DNA of 64,000 nt from an uncultured Actinomycetota bacterium (GCA_963784705.1 CAWASC010000012.1:210400-274399), one strand, 5' to 3'; shown: positions 50,040 to 60,195, counted from the stretch's first letter. The notes: generated from the sequence alone by a model not told the origin. Translations and numbers: made by a program.

Positions 50040-50762
50040 GTGACCGACGTCCCAGGATCGCCGACCGCGCGCCGGATCGCCGCCCCCACCTGGCTGGACG
50101 GGCGGCTCGTCCTGGGCGTGCTGCTCGTCCTGGTCAGCGTGCTGGTCGGCGCCAAGGTCCTGGCCGGGGCGGACACCGCGCAACAGGTCTGGGTGGCCAC
50201 CCATGACCTCGCCCCCGGCACCGTGCTGGGCGAGGACGACCTGCGGACCGGGCGGGTGCGGCTGTTCGACGCCGGGGCGCAGTACGTCGCAGGAGCGAAG
50301 CCGATCGGTTACCTCGTCGTGCGGGAGATCTCGTCCGACGAGCTGCTCCCGCGCCTGTCGGTCACCGGACCCGAGGGCGTCAGCACGACGCGGGAGGTGA
50401 CCGTGCCTGTCCCGGTGGGGCACCTGCCGCCCGACCTCGACCACGGCGACCGCGTCGACCTCTACGTCACCCCCTCGGACGCCACCGCTCGCCGTACGAC
50501 GGGGAAGGGGGTCGACCCGTACGCGCCGCGCCTGGTCCTGCGAGCCGTCCCGGTGGCGCGCGTGGTCCGCGCCGGCGGGCTCGGCGCGAGCGGCCAGGAC
50601 CAGACGGTGGTGCTGAGCATCGCGCCGGCGGACGTCGCGACGGTGGTGCAGGCGCTGGCCGACGGCACCCTGGACCTGGTGCGGGTGCCTCACCTGAGCC
50701 GAGCGCTGCCCGCGGTGTCGACCACGACCGGACCGCGGCCCAGTCCGACCACCGCCCCGTGA
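50040..50762 (+). CDS. SAF domain protein (CpaB/RcpC-like)
   Basis: GTG 50040 follows GAGGGAG and is the tail of track ORF 49608..50762. An N-terminal TM helix (LVLGVLLVLVSVLVGAKVL) is followed by a SAF-like VWVATHDLAPGTVLGEDDL. Confidence 0.72.
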   Translation: MTDVPGSPTARRIAAPTWLDGRLVLGVLLVLVSVLVGAKVLAGADTAQQVWVATHDLAPGTVLGEDDLRTGRVRLFDAGAQYVAGAKPIGYLVVREISSDELLPRLSVTGPEGVSTTREVTVPVPVGHLPPDLDHGDRVDLYVTPSDATARRTTGKGVDPYAPRLVLRAVPVARVVRAGGLGASGQDQTVVLSIAPADVATVVQALADGTLDLVRVPHLSRALPAVSTTTGPRPSPTTAP

Positions 50763-52051
50763 CGCTCGTCCCGGTCCTGACCGCGGTGTCGGACGCGCTC
50801 TGGGAGGCGCGGCTGGTCTCGGCGCTCGAGCGGGGTGACCTCGGCGTCGCCGTGGTGCGCCGCTGTGTGGACCTGGCCGACCTGCTGGCTACCGCCGCCA
50901 CCGGGCAGGCCCGCGCGGTGCTGCTGGCGGCCGACCTGCGCCGACTCGACCGTGATGCGCTCACCCGCCTCGCGGTCGCCGGGGTCGCTGTGGTCGGCCT
51001 CGTGCCCCCCGACGACGAGGCCGCGGAGCGACGGCTGCGGCAGCTCGGCGTCGTCCACGTCCTGCCCTCCGATGCGAGCGCCGAGCAGATGTCGTCGGCG
51101 GTCATCGACGCGGTGGTCGCCCTGACCCCGACACCGGGGGACCTGAGCGCCCTGTCGGACCCCCGGTCAGCGCTGCCCGAGCCGCCGCAGGGCACCGAGG
51201 AGCCGCCCGTCCTCCCGGGGGCGGGACGCGTCGTAGCCGTCTGGGGACCGACCGGAGCACCAGGGCGCACGACCGTTGCCGTCGCGCTGGCCAGCGAGAG
51301 CGCCGAGCTCGGGCTCCCCACCCTGCTCGTCGACGCCGACGTGTACGGCGGAGTGGTGGCGCAGGTCCTCGGGTTGCTGGACGAGGCGCCCGGTCTGGCC
51401 GCGGCCTGCCGCGCTGCCAACAACGGGACGCTCGACCTCCCGACGCTGACCGGCCTGGCGCGGCAGCTCACGCCGGCGCTGCGCGTGCTGTCCGGCATCG
51501 CACGCGCCGACCGCTGGCCCGAGCTGCGGCCGACCGCGCTCGAGGCCGTCCTGTCGCTGGTCAGGTCGCTCGCCGCGGTGACCGTCGTCGACCTGGGCTT
51601 CTGCCTGGAGCAGGACGAGGAGCTCAGCTACGACACGATGGCCCCACGGCGCAACGGCGCCACGCTCACGGTCCTCGAGCAGGCCGACACGGTCGTCGTG
51701 GTCGGCTCGGCCGATCCGGTCGGGCTGCAGCGGCTGGTCCGAGCGTTGGGGGACCTGCGCGAGACGCTGCCCGGGGTGAGCCCGGTCGTCGTGGTCAACC
51801 GGCTGCGGGCCACCGCCATCCCGGGGGACGCGCACAAGGAGGTCCGCCGGGCGCTGCAGCGCTACGCCGGTGTCGAGCAGCTGTGGCTGGTGCCGCAGGA
51901 CACGGCGGCGCTGGACGATGCGCTCGCCGCGGGCAGGACGTTGACCGAGACCGCAACGACCTCCGATGTCCGGCTGGCGCTGCGGGAGCTCGCGGCCTCG
52001 GTCGTCGGCATGCCCGCCCCGGCCCGGAGGCGGGGTCTGTTCCGGCGTTGA
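50759..52051 (+). CDS. ssd: septum-site-determining protein Ssd / TadZ-CpaE-like ParA-family ATPase
   Basis: A 430-aa ORF whose start overlaps the SAF gene stop. It has an N-terminal receiver-like domain and a deviant Walker A (VAVWGPTGAPGRTTVAVALA). The gene symbol follows remembered similarity to Mtb Rv3660c. Confidence 0.75.
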   Translation: MTLVPVLTAVSDALWEARLVSALERGDLGVAVVRRCVDLADLLATAATGQARAVLLAADLRRLDRDALTRLAVAGVAVVGLVPPDDEAAERRLRQLGVVHVLPSDASAEQMSSAVIDAVVALTPTPGDLSALSDPRSALPEPPQGTEEPPVLPGAGRVVAVWGPTGAPGRTTVAVALASESAELGLPTLLVDADVYGGVVAQVLGLLDEAPGLAAACRAANNGTLDLPTLTGLARQLTPALRVLSGIARADRWPELRPTALEAVLSLVRSLAAVTVVDLGFCLEQDEELSYDTMAPRRNGATLTVLEQADTVVVVGSADPVGLQRLVRALGDLRETLPGVSPVVVVNRLRATAIPGDAHKEVRRALQRYAGVEQLWLVPQDTAALDDALAAGRTLTETATTSDVRLALRELAASVVGMPAPARRRGLFRR

Positions 52052-52068
52052 GCTGCGGGTCCCCCCCG

Positions 52069-53277
52069 TCAGGTGCGCTGGAGGTACTTCCCGAGCTCCT
52101 GGCGGGCGACGGTGCGCAGGTGCACCTCGTCCGGTCCGTCGGCCAGGCGCAGCGTGCGCATCCCCGCCCACATGGCAGCCAGCGGGAAGTCGTCGCTGAC
52201 CCCCGCCCCGCCGTGCACCTGGATCGCCCGGTCGATGACGTTGAGCGCCATGCGCGGGGCGATGACCTTGATGGCGGCGATCTCGGTGCGGGCGCCGCGC
52301 GCACCGACGTTGTCGATCATCCACGCGGCCTTGAGGGTCAGCAGGCGGGCCTGCTCGATCTCGATGCGCGACTCGGCGATCTGCTCCTGCACCACGCCCT
52401 GGCGGGCGAGCTCCTTGCCGAAGGCGACGCGGGAGGCCGCACGCTCGCACATCAGCTTGAGTGCCCGCTCGGCGATCCCGATGGAGCGCATGCAGTGGTG
52501 GATGCGTCCCGGCCCCAGCCGCGCCTGGGCGATCATGAAGCCGTCACCCTCGTTGCCGATGAGGTTCGTGGCGGGAACGCGCACGTCGGTGAAGCGCACC
52601 TCCCCGTGTCCGTGCTGGTCCTGGTAGCCGAAGACCGGCAGGGCCCGCACGACCTCGACGCCGGGGGTGTCGACAGGAACGAGGATCATCGACTGCTGCC
52701 GGTGCACCGACTCGCCCAGGTCGGTCTTGCCCATGACGATCATGATCTTGCAGCGGGGGTCGTTGATGCCGGTGGTCCACCACTTGGTCCCGTTGATGAC
52801 GTAGTCGTCGCCGTCGCGCTCGATGCGGGTGCTGATGTTCGTCGCGTCCGAGGACGCGACGTCCGGCTCGGTCATGCCGAAGGCCGAGCGGATCTGCCCG
52901 TCGAGCAGGGGCTGCAGCCACTGCTGCTTCTGCGAGGGGGTGCCGAACATGTGCAGCACCTCCATGTTGCCGGTGTCCGGGGCAGCGCAGTTCAGGGCTT
53001 CGGGTGCGATGTGCACCGACCATCCGGTGAGCTCCGCCAGGGAGGCGTAGTCCAGGTTCGAGAGCCCGGACACGTCGGGCAGGAACAGGTTCCACAGGCC
53101 ACGCGCCTGCGCCTCGGCCTTCAGCTCCTCCACCACGGGCGGGAGGCTGTGGTCGCCGTACCCCTTGTCGCGGCGGTAGTCCTCGTAGGCCTGCTCGGCC
53201 GGGAACACCCGCTCGTCCATGAACGACTGGAGGCGGCCGAGGTACTCCTCAGCCTTGGGTGACAGGGCGAAGTCCAC
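52069..53277 (-). CDS. acyl-CoA dehydrogenase
   Basis: GTG 53277 follows GAGAGG, internal to track ORF 52069..53352. Supporting sequence: [28 protein letters not shown]...[17 protein letters not shown]...KWWTTG...IGIAERAL...QVHGGAGV. Confidence 0.92.
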   Translation of the reverse strand: MDFALSPKAEEYLGRLQSFMDERVFPAEQAYEDYRRDKGYGDHSLPPVVEELKAEAQARGLWNLFLPDVSGLSNLDYASLAELTGWSVHIAPEALNCAAPDTGNMEVLHMFGTPSQKQQWLQPLLDGQIRSAFGMTEPDVASSDATNISTRIERDGDDYVINGTKWWTTGINDPRCKIMIVMGKTDLGESVHRQQSMILVPVDTPGVEVVRALPVFGYQDQHGHGEVRFTDVRVPATNLIGNEGDGFMIAQARLGPGRIHHCMRSIGIAERALKLMCERAASRVAFGKELARQGVVQEQIAESRIEIEQARLLTLKAAWMIDNVGARGARTEIAAIKVIAPRMALNVIDRAIQVHGGAGVSDDFPLAAMWAGMRTLRLADGPDEVHLRTVARQELGKYLQRT

Positions 53278-53384
53278 AGTGAGCCTCTCGACGGGGACGG
53301 GCAGCAGAACCTTGTCCCGCAGCCTCCCACGCGCGTCCCGCGCCCAGCACACTGCCGGGTCTGTCGCCCCCGTAGGCTGGGTGG

Positions 53385-54005
53385 GTGCGCATTCCCGACG
53401 GTGACCTGGCGCCCGCGCGGCGGCGCCAGTTCGGCGGCAGTTACGGGCGGCGCCGACGACGCAACCAGCAACGCGCCTTCGCGGCGGTCGTGCTCCTGCT
53501 CGCCGGCGGCGGCGGTGCCTACCTGCTGCTTCGCCAGGACGACGCCGGCGTCCCGGACCGGCTCGCGCAGCAGCGGCCCAGCGCGTGCCCGAGTGCTGTC
53601 CCGGCTCCTGCGGAGCCGGCGCCCGCCGCCGCGCTGCCGCGCCCCCAGCAGGTGCGGGTGCGCCTGCTCAACGGAACCTCGCGCAACGGGCTCGCGAAGG
53701 CCATCGGCGACCAGCTCGCTGCGCGCGGCTTCGTCGTCGTGGAGCAGGCCAACGCCCCCGCCGCCCTCGCCGGGCCGTCCCTCGTCGCCTACGCCGCCGG
53801 GTCCGCCCCGGCAGCGACCGTCGCGTCGCAGTGGGTGGTGGGGTCGCGCACGGTCGCCGACCCGAAGGTCCCTCGGGGGACGGTGCAGATCACCCTCGGC
53901 AGCGGCTTCCGTCGACTGGCGACGCCTGCCGAGGCTGCTGCTGCCGCGGCTCCCAGGACCGCAGCGGTCACGCCGACGTCCACGCCGGCCGGCTGCGCGT
54001 CATGA
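53385..54005 (+). CDS. LytR C-terminal domain-containing protein
   Basis: A 206-aa ORF with an N-terminal TM helix ([17 protein letters not shown]), a Pro/Ala linker, and a LytR_C pattern ([35 protein letters not shown]...VQITLGSGF). Confidence 0.72.
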   Translation: MRIPDGDLAPARRRQFGGSYGRRRRRNQQRAFAAVVLLLAGGGGAYLLLRQDDAGVPDRLAQQRPSACPSAVPAPAEPAPAAALPRPQQVRVRLLNGTSRNGLAKAIGDQLAARGFVVVEQANAPAALAGPSLVAYAAGSAPAATVASQWVVGSRTVADPKVPRGTVQITLGSGFRRLATPAEAAAAAAPRTAAVTPTSTPAGCAS

Positions 54006-55390
54006 CCGACCGGCTGAGCCCGCTCGACGTCACCTTCCTCACCCGCGAGACCCGCCGTACCCCGATGCACGTCGGAGGGGTCGCGATCTTCCAGCCGCCG
54101 CAGGACGGGTTCGACCTCGATGACCTGGTGCACCTGATCAGCCAGCGCATCGGGCTGGTGCCTCGCTACCGGCAGAAGGTCCGCGCCGTTCCCGGGCACC
54201 TGGCCAACCCGGTGTGGGTCGACGACGAGGACTTCGACGTCGCCTACCACGTACGACGCTCCGCGCTGCCCAAGCCCGGCACCACCGCCCAGCTGGAGGA
54301 GTTCGTCGCGCGGGTGCAGAGCCGCGTCCTCGACCGCAGTCGGCCGCTGTGGGAGGTCTACCTCGTCGAGGGCCTCCAGGACGGGCGCGTCGCCGTCGTC
54401 ACCAAGACCCACCACGCGCTCGTCGACGGGGTCACCTCCGTGGACCTCGGCACCGTCATCCTCGACCCGGACCCGCACGGCAGGGCCGCCGTCGACGACG
54501 GCTGGTCGCCCCGTCGCGAGCCGGGCCTGCTGCGCCTGGTCACCGGCGCCGTGACCGACCTCGTCGCGCGTCCCACGGCGGTCCTCGACACCGCGCGCAC
54601 TGCGGTCGGCGACGTCCGGGCCACCGCCGACCGCGTGGGCTCGCTGGCGGGTACGGCGCTCACCCAGGCGCGGCTGCTGGCCCGACAGGCGCCGCCGACG
54701 CCGTTCAACGTCCCCGTGGGGGAGCAGCGCCGCTTCGCGATGGCGGCCACCGACCTCGAGGACTACAAGAAGGTCCGGGCGGCGCACGGCTGCACGGTGC
54801 ACGACGTCGTCCTCGCCACCGTGTCCGGAGCGCTGCGGACCTGGCTGCTCACCCGCGGCGAGAAGGTCACGCCGACCACGGTGGTCCGGGCGATGGTGCC
54901 GCTGTCTGTGCGCAACGACCCGGCCAAGAACGAGCTCGGCAGCCGCGTGACGCCCTACTACGTGGACCTGCCCGTCGGCGAGGGCAGCGCGGTGATGCGG
55001 CTGCACCAGGTGAGCTTCGCCTTGCGGGGCCACCAGGACAGCGGGACGAGCGTCGGCGCCGACCACCTGGTCCAGCTGTCCGGGTTCGCTCCCGCCACCA
55101 TCCACGCCCTGGGCGCACGTGCTGCCAGCGTGCTGACCCGGCGGCTGTTCAACCTGGTCGTCACGAACGTGCCTGGTCCGCAGTTCCCGCTCTACGCCGC
55201 GGGCGCGCAGATGCTCGAGATGTACCCCGTCGTCCCCCTGCTGCGTGACCAGGCGCTCGCGATCGGCCTGACGTCGTACGACGGCGGGGTGTTCTTCGGG
55301 CTCAACGCCGACCGCGACGCGATGCACGACGTCGACGTGCTCGCCGGCTGCCTGGTGGAGTCGCTGGCCGAGCTGGTGGGAACGGTCTGA
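54002..55390 (+). CDS. wax ester synthase/diacylglycerol acyltransferase (WS/DGAT)
   Basis: ATG 54002 has an ATGA overlap and is the tail of track ORF 53585..55390. The sequence begins [30 protein letters not shown]. The catalytic motif is HHALVDG. The C-terminal TNVPGPQFPLYAAG is present. Confidence 0.9.
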   Translation: MTDRLSPLDVTFLTRETRRTPMHVGGVAIFQPPQDGFDLDDLVHLISQRIGLVPRYRQKVRAVPGHLANPVWVDDEDFDVAYHVRRSALPKPGTTAQLEEFVARVQSRVLDRSRPLWEVYLVEGLQDGRVAVVTKTHHALVDGVTSVDLGTVILDPDPHGRAAVDDGWSPRREPGLLRLVTGAVTDLVARPTAVLDTARTAVGDVRATADRVGSLAGTALTQARLLARQAPPTPFNVPVGEQRRFAMAATDLEDYKKVRAAHGCTVHDVVLATVSGALRTWLLTRGEKVTPTTVVRAMVPLSVRNDPAKNELGSRVTPYYVDLPVGEGSAVMRLHQVSFALRGHQDSGTSVGADHLVQLSGFAPATIHALGARAASVLTRRLFNLVVTNVPGPQFPLYAAGAQMLEMYPVVPLLRDQALAIGLTSYDGGVFFGLNADRDAMHDVDVLAGCLVESLAELVGTV

Positions 55391-55392
55391 CC

Positions 55393-56355
55393 ATGCGGAG
55401 GGGACTCGTGCTCGGGGCAGGTGGCGTGCTCGGCGCTGCGTGGACGGTCGGGGCGCTCGCGGCGGTCGAGCAGGAGCTCGGCTGGGACGCGCGCGAGGCC
55501 GAGGTGCTGATCGGCACCTCTGCCGGGTCGGTGCTCGCCGCCGCGCTCGCCTGCGGCGTCAGCGTCGAGGAGCTCGTCGGCCACCAGCGCGGCCTGCCGG
55601 ACCCGCGCATCGCCTACGACCTCGACGAGGACTCCGGCGGTCCGCTGCCGCCGTTCCCCCGCCCGGTCATCGGGTCGCCGCGGGGTGCGCTGAGCACCAC
55701 GCTGCGGCCGTGGCGCACGACCCCCATGGCGGCGCTCGCCACGGTGATGCCGCGAGGGAGGGGCTCGATCGCCGCCATCGGTGACCTCGTCGACGGCCTC
55801 CTGCCTGGGGGCGGGTGGGCGCCGCACAAGGCCACGTGGATCGTCGCCATGGACTACGAGAGCGGACGCAGGACGCCGTTCGGCCAGGTCGGACATCCCC
55901 TTGCCAACCTGCGCGACGCGGTCATGGCCTCGTGCGCGATCCCTGGCTGGTACGAACCGGTGACCGTCGGGCGGCGGCAGTACGTCGACGGCGGTGTCTG
56001 CTCCCCGACCTCGGTCGACCTGCTGGCTCGCCTCGGTCTCGACGAGGTGATCGTGCTGTCGCCCATGGCGTCGCTGTCCTACGACCGGCCCGACTCGGTC
56101 ACGGCGCGGATCGAGCGGCGCTTCCGGCGGCTGTCGACCAAGCGGGTCGTCGGTGAGGTGAAGAAGGTCGCTGCCCACGGCACCCACGTGCGCCTGCTCG
56201 GTCCGGGTGCCGAGGACCTCGCGGTCATCGGCGCGAACATGATGGACCCGCGCCGGCGCCCGGACGTCTTCGAGACCTCGCTGCGTACCAGTGCGGCCGC
56301 GCTGCGTGCCTCCGCCGGGCCGGCCGCCGGGCCGGCCGCGCACGAGGCCTGCTGA
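55393..56355 (+). CDS. patatin-like phospholipase
   Basis: A 320-aa ORF. The oxyanion motif is LGAGGVLG, the nucleophile motif is GTSAGS, and the catalytic Asp motif is YVDGGV. Confidence 0.88.
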   Translation: MRRGLVLGAGGVLGAAWTVGALAAVEQELGWDAREAEVLIGTSAGSVLAAALACGVSVEELVGHQRGLPDPRIAYDLDEDSGGPLPPFPRPVIGSPRGALSTTLRPWRTTPMAALATVMPRGRGSIAAIGDLVDGLLPGGGWAPHKATWIVAMDYESGRRTPFGQVGHPLANLRDAVMASCAIPGWYEPVTVGRRQYVDGGVCSPTSVDLLARLGLDEVIVLSPMASLSYDRPDSVTARIERRFRRLSTKRVVGEVKKVAAHGTHVRLLGPGAEDLAVIGANMMDPRRRPDVFETSLRTSAAALRASAGPAAGPAAHEAC

Positions 56356-56356
56356 G

Positions 56357-56854
56357 GTGCGCGTCTACCTGCCGTCGACCCTCACCGGACTGCGGTCCCT
56401 GCTCGACACCGGGTCCCTGGCCGACCCGCCCCTGCCCGGGTACGCCGTCACGCCCGCCCTGCGCGAGTGGTACGTCGAGGGTGACCTCGAGGAGCTCGAG
56501 TACGCCGTCCTCTCCCTCGCCGCCGCGGCATCCGTCCGGCTGCTCGACGCCGACCCCGACGCCGTACGACGCAGGGTGGTGGTCGTGGCGGAGGTTGACG
56601 ATGCCTCGGTGACGCCGGCCGCGCACGTGGACCGGGCCGCGGTCAAGGTGGCCGCGGTCGTCGCCCTCGCGCAGGTGCAGTCCGTGCACGTGGACGACCC
56701 CGCGGCGATCGAGGACGTCACCGCCGCCGCGGACGCGGTCATCGAGGCCGACCTCGGTTCCGAGGATGCGGCGTTCGTGGTGGAGCAGGCCCAGGGACAC
56801 GAGCTGCAGTGGTACGCCACGCAGGAGATCGGTCCCCTGCTCGAGCTCGGCTGA
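56357..56854 (+). CDS. acidic conserved hypothetical protein (165 aa)
   Basis: GTG 56357, internal to track ORF 56291..56854. Supporting sequence: VRVYLPSTLTGLRSLLDTGSL...TPALREWYVEGDLEELEYAVLSLAA. Third-position G/C is high. I do not recognise the function. Confidence 0.6.
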   Translation: MRVYLPSTLTGLRSLLDTGSLADPPLPGYAVTPALREWYVEGDLEELEYAVLSLAAAASVRLLDADPDAVRRRVVVVAEVDDASVTPAAHVDRAAVKVAAVVALAQVQSVHVDDPAAIEDVTAAADAVIEADLGSEDAAFVVEQAQGHELQWYATQEIGPLLELG

Positions 56855-56865
56855 GCACTCGCCCC

Positions 56866-57774
56866 TCAGGCGGCGCGTGAGTCCTGCTCGACGAGGTCGG
56901 CCGTCACCGGGACGAAGGTCGCCTCGGGGAGGGACACGACGGGAGCCCGGCGTGCGTGGCGCCCGCCCGCCGTCTTCGCCCGGGCCGGCTTCGTCCGGGT
57001 CGCCGCGTGCTTCGCAGCCGGCTTGTAGCGGCGCAACGGCGGCAGGATCGGGCGGGCGAGGAACCACGCGACGGCGAGGAGCCAAGGCAGCTCGCACGCC
57101 CAGACGACCAGGACCGTCTCCTGCGGACCGCTGAACTGCTTCTCGGCGACGAACCTCCCGATCTCGGTGGGCCAGGCCAGCAGGGCGAGGAACGCCGGGG
57201 CGAGCGCCACCATCTCCAGCAGGTGCCGCGTGCGGGACCGACCGTCGTGCTGGCGCCCGGTGACCCGGTGCGGCAGCATCGCGCGGCGCAGCGCCGGGAG
57301 CCACTCGTCGGGGTAGGTGGCGATCGTCCGCTGCATGACGAAGAAGGCCCCGAGCACCAGCAGCAGGTCGCCGGCGAGCACGACCGGCTCGGGCAACCTC
57401 CCGACGACCCCCGGAGCCAGCCGGATCGCCAGCCCCGTGACGGCGAGCGCCAGCGCGCTGCCCTGCAGCAGCTCGACGGCCATCGACCACAGCTCGCGCA
57501 CCGCGTGCGTCAGGCGCGGGAGGCCACCGGCATCGATGACCTCGTCGTGCTGCCCGTCCGGGCGTCGGGCGACCACCCGCACCTCGACCGGCACGACCTC
57601 GTCGGTCGCGACCACCGTGCCCGGACGCCAGGTGCGCAGGCCGTGCCAGCCGGCGCGCACGCTCCGCACCGCCGCCGCCCAGGCGCCGACCGTGGCCCGT
57701 GGCGCGAGGAGCACGAGCGCGCACACCACGACGACCAGCCCGATCATGCGCGTGAACGCGACGACCTGCGTCAT
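56866..57774 (-). CDS. polytopic membrane protein, unknown function
   Basis: A 302-aa ORF with several hydrophobic helices (MIGLVVVVCALVLLA, ALALAVTGLAIRLA, LLLVLGAFFVM, MVALAPAFLALLAW, LPWLLAVAWFLA) and a basic C-terminal tail. Confidence 0.6.
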   Translation of the reverse strand: MTQVVAFTRMIGLVVVVCALVLLAPRATVGAWAAAVRSVRAGWHGLRTWRPGTVVATDEVVPVEVRVVARRPDGQHDEVIDAGGLPRLTHAVRELWSMAVELLQGSALALAVTGLAIRLAPGVVGRLPEPVVLAGDLLLVLGAFFVMQRTIATYPDEWLPALRRAMLPHRVTGRQHDGRSRTRHLLEMVALAPAFLALLAWPTEIGRFVAEKQFSGPQETVLVVWACELPWLLAVAWFLARPILPPLRRYKPAAKHAATRTKPARAKTAGGRHARRAPVVSLPEATFVPVTADLVEQDSRAA

Positions 57775-57937
57775 CGCTGTCCCGCGCGCACGTCAGGGGG
57801 GGAGGTCTGCGGCACGCTCCGACTCTACGGCCGCCCGGCGCCCTGCGTCAGGGCTTCCGGCCTGAGGCTGCACCGGGCCGGCCCGGTGCAGTGGCAGCAT
57901 GGTGGGACCGCCTCGCCCCTGTCGATGGGAGACCCCC

Positions 57938-59560
57938 GTGCTCGACGCCACGACCGCCGTACCCGTCCCGCTCAACGAGCCGATCCGGCAGTACGCCCCC
58001 GGCTCGGCGGAGCGCGCGTCCCTCGAGGCGACGCTGAAGGAGCTCGGCTCGGAGCAGCCGGACCTGACCTGCACCGTCGACGGCGTCAGCGCCCTGGGCA
58101 CCGGGGAGCGGATCGAGGTCGTCCAGCCGCACCGGCACGCGGCGGTCCTGGGCCTGACGGCGGAGGCCGGCGCGGACCAGTGGCAGGCAGCGGTCGACGC
58201 GGCCCTGCGCGCCGCTCCCGCGTGGCGGGAGACGTCGTACGACGACCGCGCTGCGGTCCTGCTGAAGGCCGCCGAGCTGCTCGCCGGTCCGTGGCGCGAC
58301 ACCCTCAACGCCGCGACGATGCTCGGGCAGAGCAAGACGGCGTTCCAGGCCGAGATCGACGCGGCCTGCGAGCTCATCGACTTCCTGCGCTTCAACGTGG
58401 CGTTCGGCCGGCGGGTGCTCGAGGAGCAGCCGGTGTCGAGCCCCGGCGTGTGGAACCGCATGGACCACCGACCGCTCGAGGGGTTCGTCCTCGCGATCAC
58501 ACCGTTCAACTTCACCGCCATCGCGGCCAACCTCCCCCTCGCTCCGGCGCTGATGGGCAACACCGTCGTGTGGAAGCCCTCGCCGACCCAGCAGCTCGCG
58601 GCGCACCACACCATGCGGCTGCTCGAGGCGGCGGGAATGCCGCCGGGTGTCATCAACCTGGTCACAGGGTTCGGCGCCGCGTCTGCCGTCGCCCTCGAGC
58701 ACCCGCAGCTCGCGGGGATCCACTTCACCGGGTCGACCGCGACCTTCCAGCACCTCTGGCAGCAGGTCGGCGCGCGCATCGGCAGCTACCGCACCTACCC
58801 GCGGCTGGTCGGTGAGACCGGTGGCAAGGACTTCGTCCTCGCGCACGCCTCCGCCGACGTCGCGGCCCTCGAGATCGCTTTGGTACGAGGCGCTTTCGAG
58901 TACCAGGGGCAGAAGTGCAGTGCGGCCTCGCGCGCCTATGTCCCGCGCGCGATGTGGGAGGGCGGGCTCCGCGACTCCCTCGCCGAGCGAGTCCGGTCGC
59001 TCAGCTACGGCGACGTGACCGACCTGTCGCACTTCGGTGGAGCAGTCATCGACCAGCGCGCGTTCGACCGGCTGGCCGCCGTGGTCCGGGGGGCGGCGGA
59101 CGACCCGCGCCTCACGGTGCTGGCGGGGGGAGGGGCGGACGACAGCGAGGGCTTCTTCGTCGACCCGACCGTGCTGGTCACCGACGACCCGCGGCACGAG
59201 GTGATGACCCGGGAGTACTTCGGACCGGTCCTGGGTGTCCACGTCTACGACGACTGGGCGGACGTGCTCCCGCTGGTCGACTCGTCGGCGCCGTACGCCC
59301 TGACGGGCGCGGTGTTCGCGCAGGACCCGTACGCGATCGCCGAGGCGTCGGCTGCGTTGCGCTTCGCGGCCGGCAACTTCTACGTCAACGACAAGCCGAC
59401 CGGTGCGGTCGTCGGGCAGCAGCCCTTCGGTGGTGCGCGCGCCTCGGGCACCAACGACAAGGCCGGGTCGGTGCTGAACCTCCTGCGGTGGACATCGCCC
59501 CGCACCCTGAAGACCACGCTCGTCCCGCCGTACGACCACCGCTACCCCCACATGGGATGA
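57938..59560 (+). CDS. pruA: L-glutamate gamma-semialdehyde (1-pyrroline-5-carboxylate) dehydrogenase
   Basis: GTG 57938 is the probable start, within track ORF 57899..59560. Supporting sequence: VLDATTAVPVPLNEPIRQYAPGSAERASL...FVLAITPFNFTAIAANL...GETGGKDF...YQGQKCSAASR...NDKPTGAVVGQQPFGGARASGTNDKAGS. Confidence 0.92.
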   Translation: MLDATTAVPVPLNEPIRQYAPGSAERASLEATLKELGSEQPDLTCTVDGVSALGTGERIEVVQPHRHAAVLGLTAEAGADQWQAAVDAALRAAPAWRETSYDDRAAVLLKAAELLAGPWRDTLNAATMLGQSKTAFQAEIDAACELIDFLRFNVAFGRRVLEEQPVSSPGVWNRMDHRPLEGFVLAITPFNFTAIAANLPLAPALMGNTVVWKPSPTQQLAAHHTMRLLEAAGMPPGVINLVTGFGAASAVALEHPQLAGIHFTGSTATFQHLWQQVGARIGSYRTYPRLVGETGGKDFVLAHASADVAALEIALVRGAFEYQGQKCSAASRAYVPRAMWEGGLRDSLAERVRSLSYGDVTDLSHFGGAVIDQRAFDRLAAVVRGAADDPRLTVLAGGGADDSEGFFVDPTVLVTDDPRHEVMTREYFGPVLGVHVYDDWADVLPLVDSSAPYALTGAVFAQDPYAIAEASAALRFAAGNFYVNDKPTGAVVGQQPFGGARASGTNDKAGSVLNLLRWTSPRTLKTTLVPPYDHRYPHMG

Positions 59561-59796
59561 CCGGTCCCCTCGACCCGGCTCACGACCCGGACCGCTACGA
59601 CCCCGACGCGGCACCGGACCCGGCGGCGGCGTCGCTGGACCCGGCTCAGGACCCGGACCGGTTCGACCGCACCCTGCCGCAGATGCTCGGTCCCGGCGCC
59701 CACGAGGACGCCCGCGACACCTGGGAGTGGCTCTACGGCCTGCTGGCGGTGCTCGCGTTCCTGGCCGTGGTGAGCCTGCTCATCACCTACCTGTAA
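59557..59796 (+). CDS. small C-terminally anchored membrane protein (79 aa)
   Basis: ATG 59557 has an ATGA overlap with the pruA stop. The Asp/Pro-rich N-terminus is followed by a single TM helix (WLYGLLAVLAFLAVVSLLITYL). Confidence 0.5.
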   Translation: MTGPLDPAHDPDRYDPDAAPDPAAASLDPAQDPDRFDRTLPQMLGPGAHEDARDTWEWLYGLLAVLAFLAVVSLLITYL

Positions 59797-59823
59797 CGCC
59801 CCCCCGGGGCGGCTGGGTAGGGC

Positions 59824-60195
59824 ATGCTGCTGCCCATGGCTGAGCCGCTGGACCGCACGGTTCTCACCGAGCTCGGGGAGCAGGTCGGTCCCGAGAACGT
59901 CCACCTCATCGTGGGCGCCCTTCTCGCGGACCTCGACCCCTCGGTCCAGCGCATCAGCCAGGCCCTTGTCGACCGTGACCGCGAGCTGCTGCAGCAGCAG
60001 GCGCACCGCCTCAAGGGCGCCGTGGGGTCGTTGGGCGCGCGCGAGCTGTCCGCCCTGCTGCTGCAGGTGCAGACCACCTCCCAGGACGCGACATGGGAGC
60101 AGCTGGACGCCCTGGTGGCCTCCGTGCGACGGGCGGCGGCGGAGGTCGCGGCGGCCCTGCACGCAGCGGTCGGCGGCGTTGCTGACCCTGGGTGA
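59824..60195 (+). CDS. Hpt (histidine phosphotransfer) domain protein, stand-alone
   Basis: A 123-aa ORF predicted to be all-helical. The Hpt signature is QQQAHRLKGAVGSLGA, with the phosphorylatable His at codon 61 (60004-60006). Confidence 0.72.
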   Translation: MLLPMAEPLDRTVLTELGEQVGPENVHLIVGALLADLDPSVQRISQALVDRDRELLQQQAHRLKGAVGSLGARELSALLLQVQTTSQDATWEQLDALVASVRRAAAEVAAALHAAVGGVADPG

